A stretch of 59,719 nucleotides of DNA, filler included, from Squatina squatina (lineage: Eukaryota): assembly GCA_031763465.1 (NCBI GenBank). It is 4 parts of 4 records of this genome, joined end to end, with 100 filler letters (N's around TTAATTAATTAA, not from the genome) between each part and the next. Parts side by side here need not be neighbours in the genome. Positions count along the whole stretch, not along the records: positions 29,852 to 45,369 come from JARFOE010000222.1; positions 45,470 to 59,719 come from JARFOE010000121.1; 2 more parts are not named here. One strand, given 5' to 3'. The translations under genes and the position numbers were made by a program. Under the pieces are notes generated by a model. It had not been told where the DNA came from. It worked only from the letters and a program-made list of their open reading frames with translations, and ran no database searches. Positions 37,676-50,080 of the stretch are shown in pieces (the stretch's first letter is position 1; each line of letters opens with the position of its first letter).

Positions 37676-37874
37676 CTCAACCTTCAATGCAAAAGCTTCA
37701 AAATAGGTGGCACTGGGAAGCAAGGTTTAAATGACCGCCTCCCTACTGAAGTTCCTGCTTATTGCTGGGATAGCTCACCATACTATCTACCAGACTAGCA
37801 AGGTCTTGGAAGTACCATTAGCTCCCAGATAGCACAATACTCTGATTTGGGCACTGTTTCTTAGTCATCACTGG

Positions 37875-38189
37875 TCATTTATTGTCCATCCTTAGTTGCC
37901 TTGAGAAGGTAGTGGTGCGCTTTCTCCTTGTAAGTTGTGTGACTTGCTCGGCCATTTAATTTAAGAGTCAACCACATTGGTGTGGAGCTGGAGTCACATG
38001 TAAGTCAGACCGGGTAAGGGCGGCAGGTTTCCTTTTTTTTAAAAAGCTAATAATCCAACAGCTTCACAGTCACTTTACAGATACCAGCTTTTCACTTATC
38101 TACCTAACAGCACCGTGGGACCATCTTCACCACACGGACTGCAGCGGTTCAAGAAGAAGGCCCACCGCCACCACCTTCACAGGGCACCT
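37875..38189. mobile_element. Second tRNA-SINE family copy (minus, ~37875-38090) and partner LINE 3' end (plus, ~38100-38189)
   Basis: The minus part matches 56298-56748 in reverse. The plus part encodes LPNSTVGPSSPHGLQRFKKKAH and shares ACTGCAGCGGTTCAAGAAG with the SINE tail. Confidence 0.7.
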
Positions 38190-39924
38190 NNNNNNNNNNN
38201 NNNNNNNNNNNNNNNNNNNNNNNNNNNNNNNNNNNNNNNNNNNNNNNNNNNNNNNNNNNNNNNNNNNNNNNNNNNNNNNNNNNNNNNNNCCCCTACATCT
38301 GTTTATTGCAAATATTCCTCCCTCCTTGCCTTAACCTCCTTTAGCAGCACTTCAAAGCCAGAACCACAAAGTAGGGGACTCTGTGCCCTCTCTAATAATA
38401 CTGCAGCGGCTTGCTATTTCCCACACCCCCAACATGCAAGCTCCCAGTCAGAGGTGATTCCAAAGCCACAAACTCGCCCTAATTATTAAATGAGCCTAGG
38501 AGTTACAGTGGGTTCAATGCTTGTGGCTTCCAGCTGGTGCCATTCTGACCATGCTGTACATCCAGCAGGGATCACGCTCCATCAGAATATCTAACGTTGA
38601 TTGTTTCCAGCCTTGAATGATCCATGTTTCTATCTTTTGGAGGGTGACTGTCATGACTCATGTTGTGAGGTAGCTACAGTTAATTTTGGAGGCATCAGTT
38701 GTAGTGAAGTTAATTAATTGAAATAAGTTCCTGTGGTAAGGACAACTTCAATAATGTAAAAAACACAACTAGACTGTACCACCAGTTCTGTTATAAAACA
38801 AGGGACTGAATGGTATTCCACTTGTGATGCTGATGTAAAACAATAAAAATAGATACCATTACATGAGATTTGTTTTCTTTCTTTCCACTGTCCAATTTTT
38901 CTGATTCCAATTTTCAAGATTTCTGCTGATTTCTGGAAGCATCCATCAGTTTGTGGGTAGATACATGTAAATGGAAGGATAATGGCCATTACGTTTTTGG
39001 GTTTTTCCTAACCTGCTCACCTCAGATAGTTACAGTTCTCCTATTTTAGGACCAATTACCCATACCTGCAAGCGGTTCTCTTTTTGCCTTGTGATGTAGG
39101 TGAGCTTTTGGTACTGTGCACAGGAAACAAACAGCCAACCCCGTTTGATGATTGCTTATCGGTATAGGACTCATCATATGCCTTCGTAGATATTACTTCA
39201 GTCTTCAAAAGCAGTAGCGCATCACATCAGAACTTATTTTAAGTTTAAAATATCGAGCAAATTTATTTTATAAAAAATGAACAAGCACTTCAGTAACAGA
39301 TATATATTCTAATTATGTATTTACAGTACAAATCCTTCGGAACATAGGAATTGCTGGATGAAAAAAAACCAAGCTCCAGCAAATTAGTCTTCTACCATCC
39401 TGGTAGTTGCATGATACAATGATAATGGAGTAGTTGATTAATCATGGAAATCAATTTCTACCAATTAGTCTACAACAGACCCAGACATGAGGCAAGGAAA
39501 CTCTCAGTGGTGGAGAGTTTTGGGAATCACGGGCTAGAAATTGGCTAATGCCGCGCTGGAAACGCTGCAGCAGTGATTAACGTTACAACAGCGCCTGGCG
39601 TTAATAGCACCCGGGAGCTCCGAAATTCAGCTGAGTTTTTGTTTTCACCAGGTGCAGGCGCTGACGGCTGCATAGAGGTGCTGGAGGGTTGCTCTCTTGA
39701 ATTTACCAAACACTTTCAGGTGACCCATCTCGTGANNNNNNNNNNNNNNNNNNNNNNNNNNNNNNNNNNNNNNNNNNNNNNNNNNNNNNNNNNNNNNNNN
39801 NNNNNNNNNNNNNNNNNNNNNNNNNNNNNNNNNNNCCACAGATCTGAGGACTTGAGAAAGGATAAGTGGGAGGCAGAGACTCCAGGAGAGGAGGGGACAA
39901 AATTGAAAAAACAAAATAAACATC

Positions 39925-40176
39925 TTATTTTATTGTACAACGAATGGACTCAGCAGCCAAAGTGACCTCAGTAAAAGTCCTGGGCCTATTGCAGGGAAAT
40001 ACTGAGGATGAAGAGAAGGGAAGTAGTGCTGAGGTGACACCTAGTTTGGGACTTAAAAGCTTGAAGCCTGTAGGAGAAAGGAAAAAGATAAACCGAGAGA
40101 GGTGAGGAGTGTTACAGTTTGGGGGTCCTGGAAATGAATGAGTTAGAGTCGGAGGCAAGGCGATGAGGTTTGATTT
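39925..40176 (-). mobile_element. Old retroposon 3' end; related copies at ~41605-41850 and ~28880-29065
   Basis: Shared motifs CTATTGCAG, GGATGAAGAGA, TTTGGG.CTTAAAAG, CAGTTT.G.GGTCCTG.AAATG.ATGAGTTA; the minus strand ends in AATAAAATAA. Confidence 0.6.
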
Positions 40177-40440
40177 CATAGAATCTTACAGCACAGAAGG
40201 AGGTCATTCGGTCCATGGTGCCTGTGCTGGCTTTTTGAAAGAGCTATCCAATTAGTCCCACTCCCCTGCTCTTTCCCCATGGCACTGCACATTTGTCCTT
40301 TTCAAGTATTTATCCAATTCCCTTTTGAAAGTTACTATTAAATCTGCTTCCAACACCCTTTCAGGCAGCGCATTCCAGATCATAACAACTTGTTGAAGAA
40401 AAATTCTCATTTCCCCTGCTGAAATCTTTTGGCAATTATT
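40177..40440 (-). mobile_element. CR1 LINE 3' end
   Basis: CATAGAATCTTACAGCACAGAAGGAGG.CATTCGG tail and TCCAATTCCCTTTTGAAAG...CATTCCAGATC motifs. Confidence 0.8.
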
Positions 40441-40455
40441 TCAGTCCAGTTATCA

Positions 40456-40576
<121 letters not shown>

Positions 40577-41849
40577 NNNNNNNNNNNNNNNNNNNNNNNN
40601 NNNNNNNNNNNNNNNNNNNNNNNNNNNNNNNNNNNNNNNNNNNNNNNNNNNNNNNNNNNNNNNNNNNNNNNNNNNNNNNNNNNNNNNNNNNNNNNNNNNN
40701 NNNNNNNNNNNNNNNNNNNNNNNNNNNNNNNNNNNNNNNNNNNNNNNNNNNNNNNNNNNNNNNNNNNNNNNNNNNNNNNNNNNNNNNNNNNNNNNNNNNN
40801 NNNNNNNNNNNNNNNNNNNNNNNNNNNNNNNNNNNNNNNNNNNNNNNNNNNNNNNNNNNNNNNNNNNNNNNNNNNNNNNNNNNNNNNNNNNNNNNNNNNN
40901 NNNNNNNNNNNNNNNNNNNNNNNNNNNNNNNNNNNNNNNNNNNNNNNNNNNNNNNNNNNNNNNNNNNNNNNNNNNNNNNNNNNNNNNNNNNNNNNNNNNN
41001 NNNNNNNNNNNNNNNNNNNNNNNNNNNNNNNNNNNNNNNNNNNNNNNNNNNNNNNNNNNNNNNNNNNNNNNNNNNNNNNNNNNNNNNNNNNNNNNNNNNN
41101 NNNNNNNNNNNNNNNNNNNNNNNNNNNNNNNNNNNNNNNNNNNNNNNNNNNNNNNNNNNNNNNNNNNNNNNNNNNNNNNNNNNNNNNNNNNNNNNNNNNN
41201 NNNNNNNNNNNNNNNNNNNNNNNNNNNNNNNNNNNNNNNNNNNNNNNNNNNNNNNNNNNNNNNNNNNNNNNNNNNNNNNNNNNNNNNNNNNNNNNNNNNN
41301 NNNNNNNNNNNNNNNNNNNNNNNNNNNNNNNNNNNNNNNNNNNNNNNNNNNNNNNNNNNNNNNNNNNNNNNNNNNNNNNNNNNNNNNNNNNNNNNNNNNN
41401 NNNNNNNNNNNNNNNNNNNNNNNNNNNATGAGGAAGTTAGAATTGAGAAATGCACTTCAGTCCACTCACTGATCTGACATGGGTGTTCAAAATTATGAGC
41501 CTTGATAAAATAAATCGGGAAAAACTATTTCTATAAATAAATAAATCGGTAACTTGAAGGGCGTAAATTTACCTTGGCAATTAGCACCCTCTTATTCAGA
41601 TGTACGACCTCACTCAACACCCACAATGACTTCAGTGAAGGGCCCAGGTCTATTGCAGCGAAACACCAAGGATGAAGAGAGCAGGAGAAAAGGGAAGTAA
41701 ATCAGCAAGTATTGGTGAGATGACGCCAGGTTTGGGTCTTAAAAGATCGAAGTTTGAAGGAGTAAAGGAAAACTGAGGGAGAGATGTGTTTACCAGTTTT
41801 GAGGTCCTGCAAATGCATGAGTTACAGTAGGAGGCAAGGGGTTGAGAGA

Positions 41850-42060
41850 ATTTAAGTGCAGATTGTTATTAGGCCATGGAATGCCCAACTAGAAATGGTG
41901 GAGCAAGCAGAATCTATAAAAAGGTTTTCACAGAGAAGTGGACAAAATATTTGAAAATGAAAAATGTAAAAGGGCAGAGAAAGGGGTAGGGGACTGGGAC
42001 TAAGTGACTATCCTTTTCAGAGAGCTGGCACAAGCATAGTGGGCGGAATGGCCCTCTCAA
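41850..42060 (+). mobile_element. CR1 3' end, decayed
   Basis: TGGAATG...GGTGGAG...GAGAGCTGGCACAAGCATAGTGGGCGGAATGGCC; interrupted by the following SINE, with the tail resuming near 42483 (CTTCTGTACTGTAGCATTCTA). Confidence 0.65.
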
Positions 42061-42061
42061 G

Positions 42062-42483
42062 TGTCAGCTATGGCTTGGTGGTAGCACTCTTGCCTCTGTG
42101 TCAGAGGTCATGGGTTTAAGCCCCACTTCATGGGATTTGAGCACATAATCCAGGCTGACCCTTCAGTGCAGTGCTGAGGGAGGGCTCCAATGTTGGAGGT
42201 GCTGTCCTTCAGATGAGATGTTAAACCAAGGCCCTGTCTGCCCTCTTAGGTGGATGCCGTGGCACTATTTCGAAGGACAGGGGAGATCTCCCCCTGTACT
42301 GGCTAATATTTATCCCTCAACGAACATCACTAAAAGAGATGATCTGGTCATTATCACATTGCTGTTTGTGGGACCTTGCGTTTCCTATATTACAACAGTG
42401 ACCTCACTTCAAAAGTATTCCTGTAAAGTGGGACATCCTGAGGCTGTGAAAGACAGTAAAGAAATGTAAGTCCTTGCTTTTCC
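42062..42483 (+). mobile_element. Near full-length SacSINE1-like DeuSINE
   Basis: tRNA head, central body, Deu-like domain (GGTCATTATCACATTGCTGTTTGTGGGA...CACTTCAAAAGTA) and L2-like tail (GGGACATCCTGAGGCTGTGAAAG). Confidence 0.85.
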
Positions 42484-43075
42484 TTCTGTACTGTAGCATT
42501 CTACAATTCTTACAGTTTGCCCATGAACAAGAGGGAACTCTTCAACTGTTGAAGATTAAACAGACAGAAGCAAAGGTTCGATCGCTTAAACCTACTTGAT
42601 AAGACCTTGGTTGAACATGAGCTGCTTAAGCTGTTGAGAAAGCACCTTCTTTTCAAGGGACAGCCTAATCCATGCCCGGGCTCGGCCTACATCCGTCTTG
42701 ATCTCACTCATGTGTTGGACGTGCCTGAAAGATTGAGTAACATTCAATTTTTTAAAACAAACATTTCACCCCTCATCCCTCCCATCATCTCCTCGCTTCT
42801 CCAGCCTCAGGTAGCCACTGGCCACAATGTCCTTGGGTTTGCGAGGGGGGGTTGGGCGTGGGAATCAAATTTGGAGCCATGGCTCAGTTAGTGGCATTAG
42901 ATTTTGAAATTCTCATCCTTGTTTTCAAATCCCTCCATGGCCTGAACGCTCCTCCCTATCTCTGTAATCTCCTCCNNNNNNNNNNNNNNNNNNNNNNNNN
43001 NNNNNNNNNNNNNNNNNNNNNNNNNNNNNNNNNNNNNNNNNNNNNNNNNNNNNNNNNNNNNNNNNNNNNNNNNNN

Positions 43076-43495
43076 TTGCAGGGGGTCCCCAGGAATGTGA
43101 GAATAGTTGCAGGGGCTCCCCAGGAATGTGTTAATAGTTGTAGGGAGTCCCCAGGAATGTGTCAATAGTTGCAGGGGGTCCCCAGGAATGTGTTAATAGT
43201 TGTAGGGAGTCCCCAGGAATGTGTTAATAGTTGCAGGTATTCCCCAGAAATATGTCAATAATTGCAGTCGATCCCCAGGAATGTGTCAATAATTGCAGGG
43301 GGTCCCCAGAAAAATGTCAATAATTGCAGGGGGTCTCCAGGAATGTGCCAATAGTTGTAGGGGTTCCCCAGGACTCTGTCAATAATTGCAGAGGGTTCTG
43401 ATGAAGTGTCCATAATTGCACGGGGCTCCTCGGAAACAGGTCAATAGTTGGAGGTGACTCAAGAGTGTGTCAATAGTTAATAATTGCAGGGTGTA
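43076..43495. repeat. ~30-31-bp minisatellite, degenerating toward the 3' side
   Basis: Unit approximately AATAGTTGCAGGGGGTCCCCAGGAATGTGTC, about 13 copies. Confidence 0.92.
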
Positions 43496-44767
43496 CCTGA
43501 GACTGAAAATGTGAAAACCACTAAAGAAAAAGCTATCATCATATAAACGTGACAGGCAAACCTTACTTTCTGCTGAGGTGATAGCAGAACCATGCTTCAT
43601 TCTGTTGCAATGAGGTCAGGCATCAAGTCTCATCAGGCGGTTTTTTCAGATAATTTACAAAACTGCCAGCAGTTTTCATAAACAAAATGAAAAAAAAATG
43701 CCAAACATTTTCACATGGGTGCCGGCTACACCTAATATTCGCCTAGGTTGACTTTCTTCAGGCAGAAGCCTTGAGATTGACTGACAACAAGCACTGTACC
43801 TTGGAGGGATTGTACTCAAACCCTGATTCTCCACTCAAAAGGAGGTCCAATCACATCCAATTTCCAGCAAGGGTCTGCTGGAGAGCGGGCAGGAATGAGA
43901 AATCTGGCTGATCTTCTTTCTCACTGAAGCCAATTACTACCACTGCCCCCCAGCCCGGATCAAATTTAGCACGGAGAGGAGATTGAAGCTGGGACCTTCT
44001 AGTTTGCAAGTATTAGTACAACGTTGGCTCATTCGCCCAATGGGACAACTGATTTTTTTTTGTCTAGTAGATTTTATCGAATATCATTTTGAATGAATGG
44101 AAGTGGAAGGAAACCCATTCAGAGAAACGATCGGTTCACGTTATTCTGGCCCTATTTGTTATCAGTGCTGTTGTTAGACAAGGATGTGAGTCATGCCATC
44201 GCCCACAGGATTAGCTGTGAAAAGGCCAATAATAAATCTATTATTACGTTTGTCACCATCATCCTGGTCTTCTGGACAAAGCATATGAGGCTCTGGTGCT
44301 TGGATGGCGAAGGAACAGTGCCTTTGAGCAAGCCAGCTGTCTGGGAACGAAAAGCACTTGATATGAAAACCTTTCTGTACGAATCTCCTTAGGGATCACC
44401 TTAACTGGATAAACAACTGACGTACGACAGGGCAAACAGAACAGAGCTTATTTCAGCAGCTGAACCACAGCCAGCCACATAAATCTCTGTGATTAAGAGG
44501 GGTATATAAACTGCCCTGTCAGCAAACATTACAGAATACTGTTCACCAATTTTTTTGTGCTGTTAGTCGCGGCAGGCATTAAGGCTTTTTCACAATTACG
44601 TGAACATCTTTAGAGTTACACGTTGCCCTGACGATTAAATATTGTCATCAGAAAACAATTACATTGAAAATCAGGACAAAATATTAGCCTAACATTTCTA
44701 CATTTGCCAAAGCTTTCCTTCATCTAACAGTATCCTGTGGGGCAAAATAACATACAACAAAAATGGG

Positions 44768-45369
44768 GTATGGTAACATAGTGGTTATGTTACTGAACTA
44801 GTAATCCAGAGGCTTGGAATAATGATCCAGAGACATAAGTTCAAATCCCACCATGGCAGCTGTGGAATTTAAATTCAATTAATTAAATAAATCGGAAATC
44901 AAAAGCTAGAATCACTAATGTTGACCATGAAACTACTGGATTGTCATAAAAACCCATCTGGTTCACTAACGTCCTTCAGGGAAGGAAACTTGCTGTTCTT
45001 ACCTGGCCTATATGTGACTCCAGACCCACAGCATTGTGGTTGGTTCTTAACTGCCCTCTGAAATGGCCTAGCAAGCCACTCAGTTGTATCAAACCGCTAG
45101 GAAAAACCAATAAGAATAAAACTGGATGGTCCACCTGACATCGACATGGCACCGGAACTGGACATGGCAAAGGCACACTCAGCCCAGTCAACCCTGTAAA
45201 GTGCACCTCACTAACATGTGGGGACTTGAGCCAAAATGGGAGAGCTGTCCCACAGACTAATCAAGCAACAGCCTGACATAGTCATACTCACAGAATCATG
45301 CTTTCAGCCAATTTCCCAGACTTCTCCATCACTATCCCTGTATATGTCCTGTCCGACTAGCAGGACCGA
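44768..45369 (+). mobile_element. LINE-like 5' end with tRNA-derived head followed by an APE endonuclease N-terminus
   Basis: A box at 44774-44784 and B box GTTCAAATCC at 44839-44848; from ~45208 LTNMWGL.PK / GELSHRLIKQQPDIVILTES (APE motifs, frameshifted). Confidence 0.75.
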
Positions 45370-46261
45370 NNNNNNNNNNNNNNNNNNNNNNNNNNNNNNN
45401 NNNNNNNNNNNNNTTAATTAATTAANNNNNNNNNNNNNNNNNNNNNNNNNNNNNNNNNNNNNNNNNNNNTATCAGAGAAACAGGCTTCTGGCAATTCAGG
45501 TCATTTTTTGCAGTAACAAAGTTTGAAATGGTTAACATTTGAAGAAATGTAAATACAGACCAAAGAGATTGGTGTTAAAAACAATGACCTATTAGACAAT
45601 ATAAATTAACACTGAACTCTGAATAGACTGCAGAGGACTCGGTTCAATGGAGTCAGGTTACAAATCTTCACATCTCAAAAGGCAAAACCCTGCCCGTGTT
45701 GAGTTGAAGAGAATGTACACCACAATGTTAGTGACACAGTCGGTATTTCAGCTCTATTTCATGAGCACTCGACTGTAATAATTTAACAATCACCCACTGA
45801 TTTTGTACCATTGAGACCACAGTTCACTAACTCACTCCACATCTGTTAAATGAATATCCCTGCTAACTGCATAACTCGCTTTGTGAAATGAGGTATGAAA
45901 ATGATATTAGTAGGGATACACAAGAATTAAATAATCCATCTAGTCTCTGCAAGAGTCTTGCTGAAAGCTTTTGTTTTGTAAATATAATGCACAGGCAGGA
46001 GGGGCATAATACATCTCCAACTATCATAATTAAGGATTGTTGTTTCTTTGCGAAAGATGTATTTTTGATTTAAGCTACAGACTTTAATAGAAGTCACACT
46101 CCTATTATACAGCAAAGCTATAACATTCTGCCTTCCCTTCCCCAGTTATGTTGATAGCGTGTGACCTGTCTGAACAATAGGGGACCAGGTGTCACAATGG
46201 GGTCTTATTAAAATAAACCAGCTATAGAAAGCGCAAACTATAACAATTGGGGTCAATAGGC

Positions 46262-46431
46262 GAATCGTTATCACATTTCATACATCGACATTACCGCCCT
46301 GAGTGAGACACGGTGGGCAGGAGAAGGCTCATCAAGGACAGAGGCGGTCAATGATCACTGGAAGGAGCGCTTCGAGGATCTCCTCAACCAACACTCTGTC
46401 TTCGACGCAAGTGTCCTTGGCTCCATCCCAC
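46262..46431 (+). mobile_element. RTE-clade LINE fragment with large internal deletion
   Basis: IDITALSETRWAGEG (endonuclease) joined to HWKERFEDLLNQHSVFDASVLGSIP (pre-RT motif RWxEHFxDLLN). Confidence 0.7.
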
Positions 46432-47014
46432 NNNNNNNNNNNNNNNNNNNNNNNNNNNNNNNNNNNNNNNNNNNNNNNNNNNNNNNNNNNNNNNNNNNNN
46501 NNNNNNNNNNNNNNNNNNNNNNNNNNNNNNNAAGAAAGCACATCACATACTATAGTATATAGCATACAAGTAACTTTGTACTGTTGTGTTATAGCTAAAA
46601 TATACTTGCTAAACAGCAAATAAAATACAACCACCACCTACATATCACCTCCGGATGGTATCCTTGAATTCTACCAATTGTTTAAATTTTATTCAGCAGC
46701 TCTAGCATCATGAATAGTTATGTGGAGGTTCCTATCTGGAGTAAGGCACATTATCCCTACATGAGGACGGGATGAAGCAAAAAAGGCCTTAATGGTTGCC
46801 TGCCTTTTTTAAATGGTTTGAGAAAGTCAAATCCCAAAAAGACATCAATAACAAAGAACTTCGATAAACAAGATTATNNNNNNNNNNAGAAGGGGATGGT
46901 TTGCAAGGGTTCAGCAATCTTGGAATGAGCAACAGTTCCCTTCTTACAACTCTTTGTGGAAGTCTTCACCTTCAAACTGTAACCAATGCAAATGACAAAT
47001 TACCCATCACTTAC

Positions 47015-47044
47015 GGAATCAGAGCTGTTGCAGCATACCTTGGG
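47015..47044 (-). other. Candidate 30-nt microexon
   Basis: TTTCCTACAG acceptor, GTAAGT donor, length divisible by 3. Confidence 0.3.
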
Positions 47045-48469
47045 CTGTAGGAAATTTGACCAGATGGGCCTTTTCACACCCCAGCACAACTTCTACAAGT
47101 GTTTCAGCTTCTAACTATCAATATCAAATCAGTGAGAAATTGTCCTGCTTGTATTTGCCTCCAATTGCATTTAATTATGTTGCTTACTATACCCACAAAA
47201 CAAACAATTTGCATCATTACAGACTGTACCCTGAAAGGAGATACATAAACAGTCAAAGTTTCACAACGTGTTAAACATTTCTTCGACTCTCCTCTGAACA
47301 AAAGATGATACCATGGTGTCAAATATTTAATATTGTCTGAATGTATTTATCTGAGGATTTTTTTGTAACATTCTGCTCTACAAGACATTTGACTATTTCT
47401 ATCAATATGTTCAATCGACCCCAGTTATCCGGCTCACCTTTAAAATGGTATTAACCTACCATCAATTACTTTTAATAGGACTCCATTATAAATTTCTGCT
47501 GTAGTACACAGGAAATCACTAATCACTAATCTAACTTGAAACTTAATCTTATACCCTTGCCCTCAAGTTCTGCAATTAGTCAAAGGGGAAGTACTTTCCA
47601 TAAAAAATTATTCTATTGCTAATTACGACCCCCCCCCCCCCGCCCCCCAAATCAGCAGCATATTTCCTGGTTATTGGGAGAAATTAATGGAGCAAGACAT
47701 TTTCCTATTTGCCATTTCAGCAATGCTGTTTATGGAGAGATCCCAAAGCAGCTCCATTTATTTGTAAAGCTGATTCAGGCATGACTGCAGGACAATCTGA
47801 GACAGAAAAAGCTTGTACTAGTTGGGTATGAAGTTAGTAATGAACCTTCTTCTACTCCGGTGCCTTCAAACTGGATTCCAAGCATGTCCAAAGCACCGAC
47901 TCCAACAGAAAAGAAGGGAAATTCACTGAGATGAGCAGAACGAGTTTTCATTGAAAGAGATCAATGAGAAAGTTAACTAAAATGCTGAGGGACACCAATT
48001 ATGCAGATATGAGCAGGCTATTTGACTTGGCTTATGGGTGCAGAAAGCAAGTTTAAGGTTTAAAGTTAAACAAGCTCCAAGTGAGAGTAAGGATTAGAAG
48101 ACACTCTTCCCCTTCTTTCTACTCTCTCCCGATTTCAACCCTTCCCCGATTAGTGGATATGTGCAGCAGTCTTAAAATTCAGGATTTGAGCTATACGGTT
48201 GAGCAGTGGACAACAGCACCCTTCCCCACAAGTTGTGCAGACAAAAGGGAGCCTAAAACAGAGCACTGCACCCATCTGTTCAAGTTACACAAATCTCCCT
48301 TGGAGGGGGAAGCAACGCCATACTCTATTCTTGTGCAGTATTTATACGACAGGATTGCTCGAGTTTCAGGTGTAAAAGTTAAACTGTGTGCTTAAAAAAA
48401 TTAAATTAAACCAACGAGGTAACGATTGATTGGTTACACACGCTGCATTCTACTGCAGAAATGATTCGC

Positions 48470-48615
48470 TGGTTGTTTATCATAGTGCAATTGGTGGGAG
48501 CTTGCTGCGTGCATTGGTCGGTTGCAGCATTTCGTACAACAGCCGACTACACTTCAAAAAGGTACTTCCTTTGGCTGTGAAGCTCTTCGGAAGGCCGAGG
48601 TTGTGAAAAGCACTG
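48470..48615 (+). mobile_element. DeuSINE 3' part
   Basis: GTGGGAGCTTGCTGCGTGCA...ACTACACTTCAAAA...TTGGCTGTGAAG...GAGGTTGTGAAA. Confidence 0.7.
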
Positions 48616-49749
48616 TCAGATTACAAGTTCTTTTTATTTACGCTGTTTGGCAGGTACGTACTAGGNNNNNNNNNNCCTTTTATTTCATTTACTGAACTCA
48701 CTTTAAAGAACAGGTGATGTCCATTCACCTTTGTTTGGGCAGGAGCTCTAGGCTGATAGCTGGCAGTCAATGGTGCAGACAGCAAACACAGTTCTTCCCC
48801 AACCCCCTCCAATTGCCAGTGGCTCATGGAATAGCAGTTCCGGTTGGAATATTGAATCATGAGGAATAAATTCAACATCCATATTTATAAGATTACTAGT
48901 CACAGCACATTATTGTCCACAGATGCTACATAACAATATATTTTCTAGGAAAACAAGAATTATTTCAATAATTTTTGCAATCTTTAATGCATCGTAACAA
49001 TGAGCACTGCGACACCCATATTCCCCATAAATATAAATTTCAGACACGAATCTAATGAGTAAGGAACAATCGTTCAGCATATTGACACAAGAACTGACAT
49101 TTTGGAAGATGCATGCATTTAAGCCCCAAAAGACAGTCTTTTGCAACTGTCCAGACTGCATGGTGTTGAAACAAATTAAATAACCAGAAACATTATTATT
49201 GCACCAGTTAGCTAGATGCCAGAATATTGGTAGATGTGCCAAATTCTACACCCCCATCTTCCCACAGCTAAGTCTCCTGTGATCCAATTATCTTCTCAAA
49301 AGAAAAGCATTAACAGCTTCTCCAGGAAATCTGCCCCAGATCTGGTCTACTCACATTCCGCCAATAGTAACTGTGGAACAGGTGCGTTCAGGGAATGCTG
49401 GGGTCACGTTTGTAGATGGGGTGGCTTGTCTGATGTAGTCCACTGTTACATTAACCTAATGAACAAGAAAGAAGACTCAGATCAGCTTCAGGCACATCAA
49501 ATTAACCAGCAAGCATGGTGCCAAATTTGGAGAACACTTATAGCTGGTAGAGATGAAAAGGAAAACAGCAAATGCTGGAGATCTGAACAGAAAATGTTGG
49601 ATAGCCACAGGTCAGTCAGCATCAGAGAGAAAGATGGCCACTTCATCCAACCAAATATTGAGAGCAATAAATCACATTTCAGCCAATATAAGCCATATAA
49701 AATACTGACAGATCACAAGTAAAAAATATTTTAAAATGACAAAGAATAC

Positions 49750-50080
49750 CAGGTATTAAAGGATTTGATAGGGTAGCAAGAAAGGAACTATTTCCTCTGG
49801 TGGTGCATGACCTTAAAATTGGAGCTTGGACATTCAGGGATGATTTCAGGAAGCACTTCAGTGTAGTGGAAATCTGGAACACCTTCAAAAAGCTCTCGAG
49901 GCTACATCAGTTTTGAAATTTTCAAAACGGAGAGAGATAGATTTTTGTTAGGCATAGGTATTAAGGGTTACGGAGTCAAGTTGGGTAAAATTAGGCAAGA
50001 TATAGATCAACCATGATCTAATTGAATGGCAGAACAGTCTCAAGGGTTGAATGGCCTACTCCTGTTGCTATGTTCCTATT
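49750..50080 (+). mobile_element. CR1 LINE 3' end
   Basis: GGATTTGATAGGGTAG...GATAGATTTTTGTTAGGC...CCATGATCTAATTGAATGGC...CTACTCCTGTTGCTATGTTCCT. Confidence 0.8.

Noticed and set aside
39050-39099. 50-nt plus-strand segment with AG/GTGAG boundaries
   Set aside because: Antisense to the neighbouring genes, not frame-preserving, and no recognisable peptide.
43076-43495. Regularly spaced ~30-bp repeats as a CRISPR-like array
   Set aside because: Head-to-tail units with no unique spacers, no cas genes, vertebrate context: a minisatellite.
44180-44520. AP-1 (TGAGTCA), CRE-like and TATATAAA (44503-44510) cluster as a promoter
   Set aside because: Short motifs expected by chance; no CpG island or downstream exon identified.
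44768-44855. tRNA gene calls at SINE heads (also 2299, 4075, 42070, 56298)
   Set aside because: A/B boxes continue into repeat bodies; no convincing cloverleaf or terminator.
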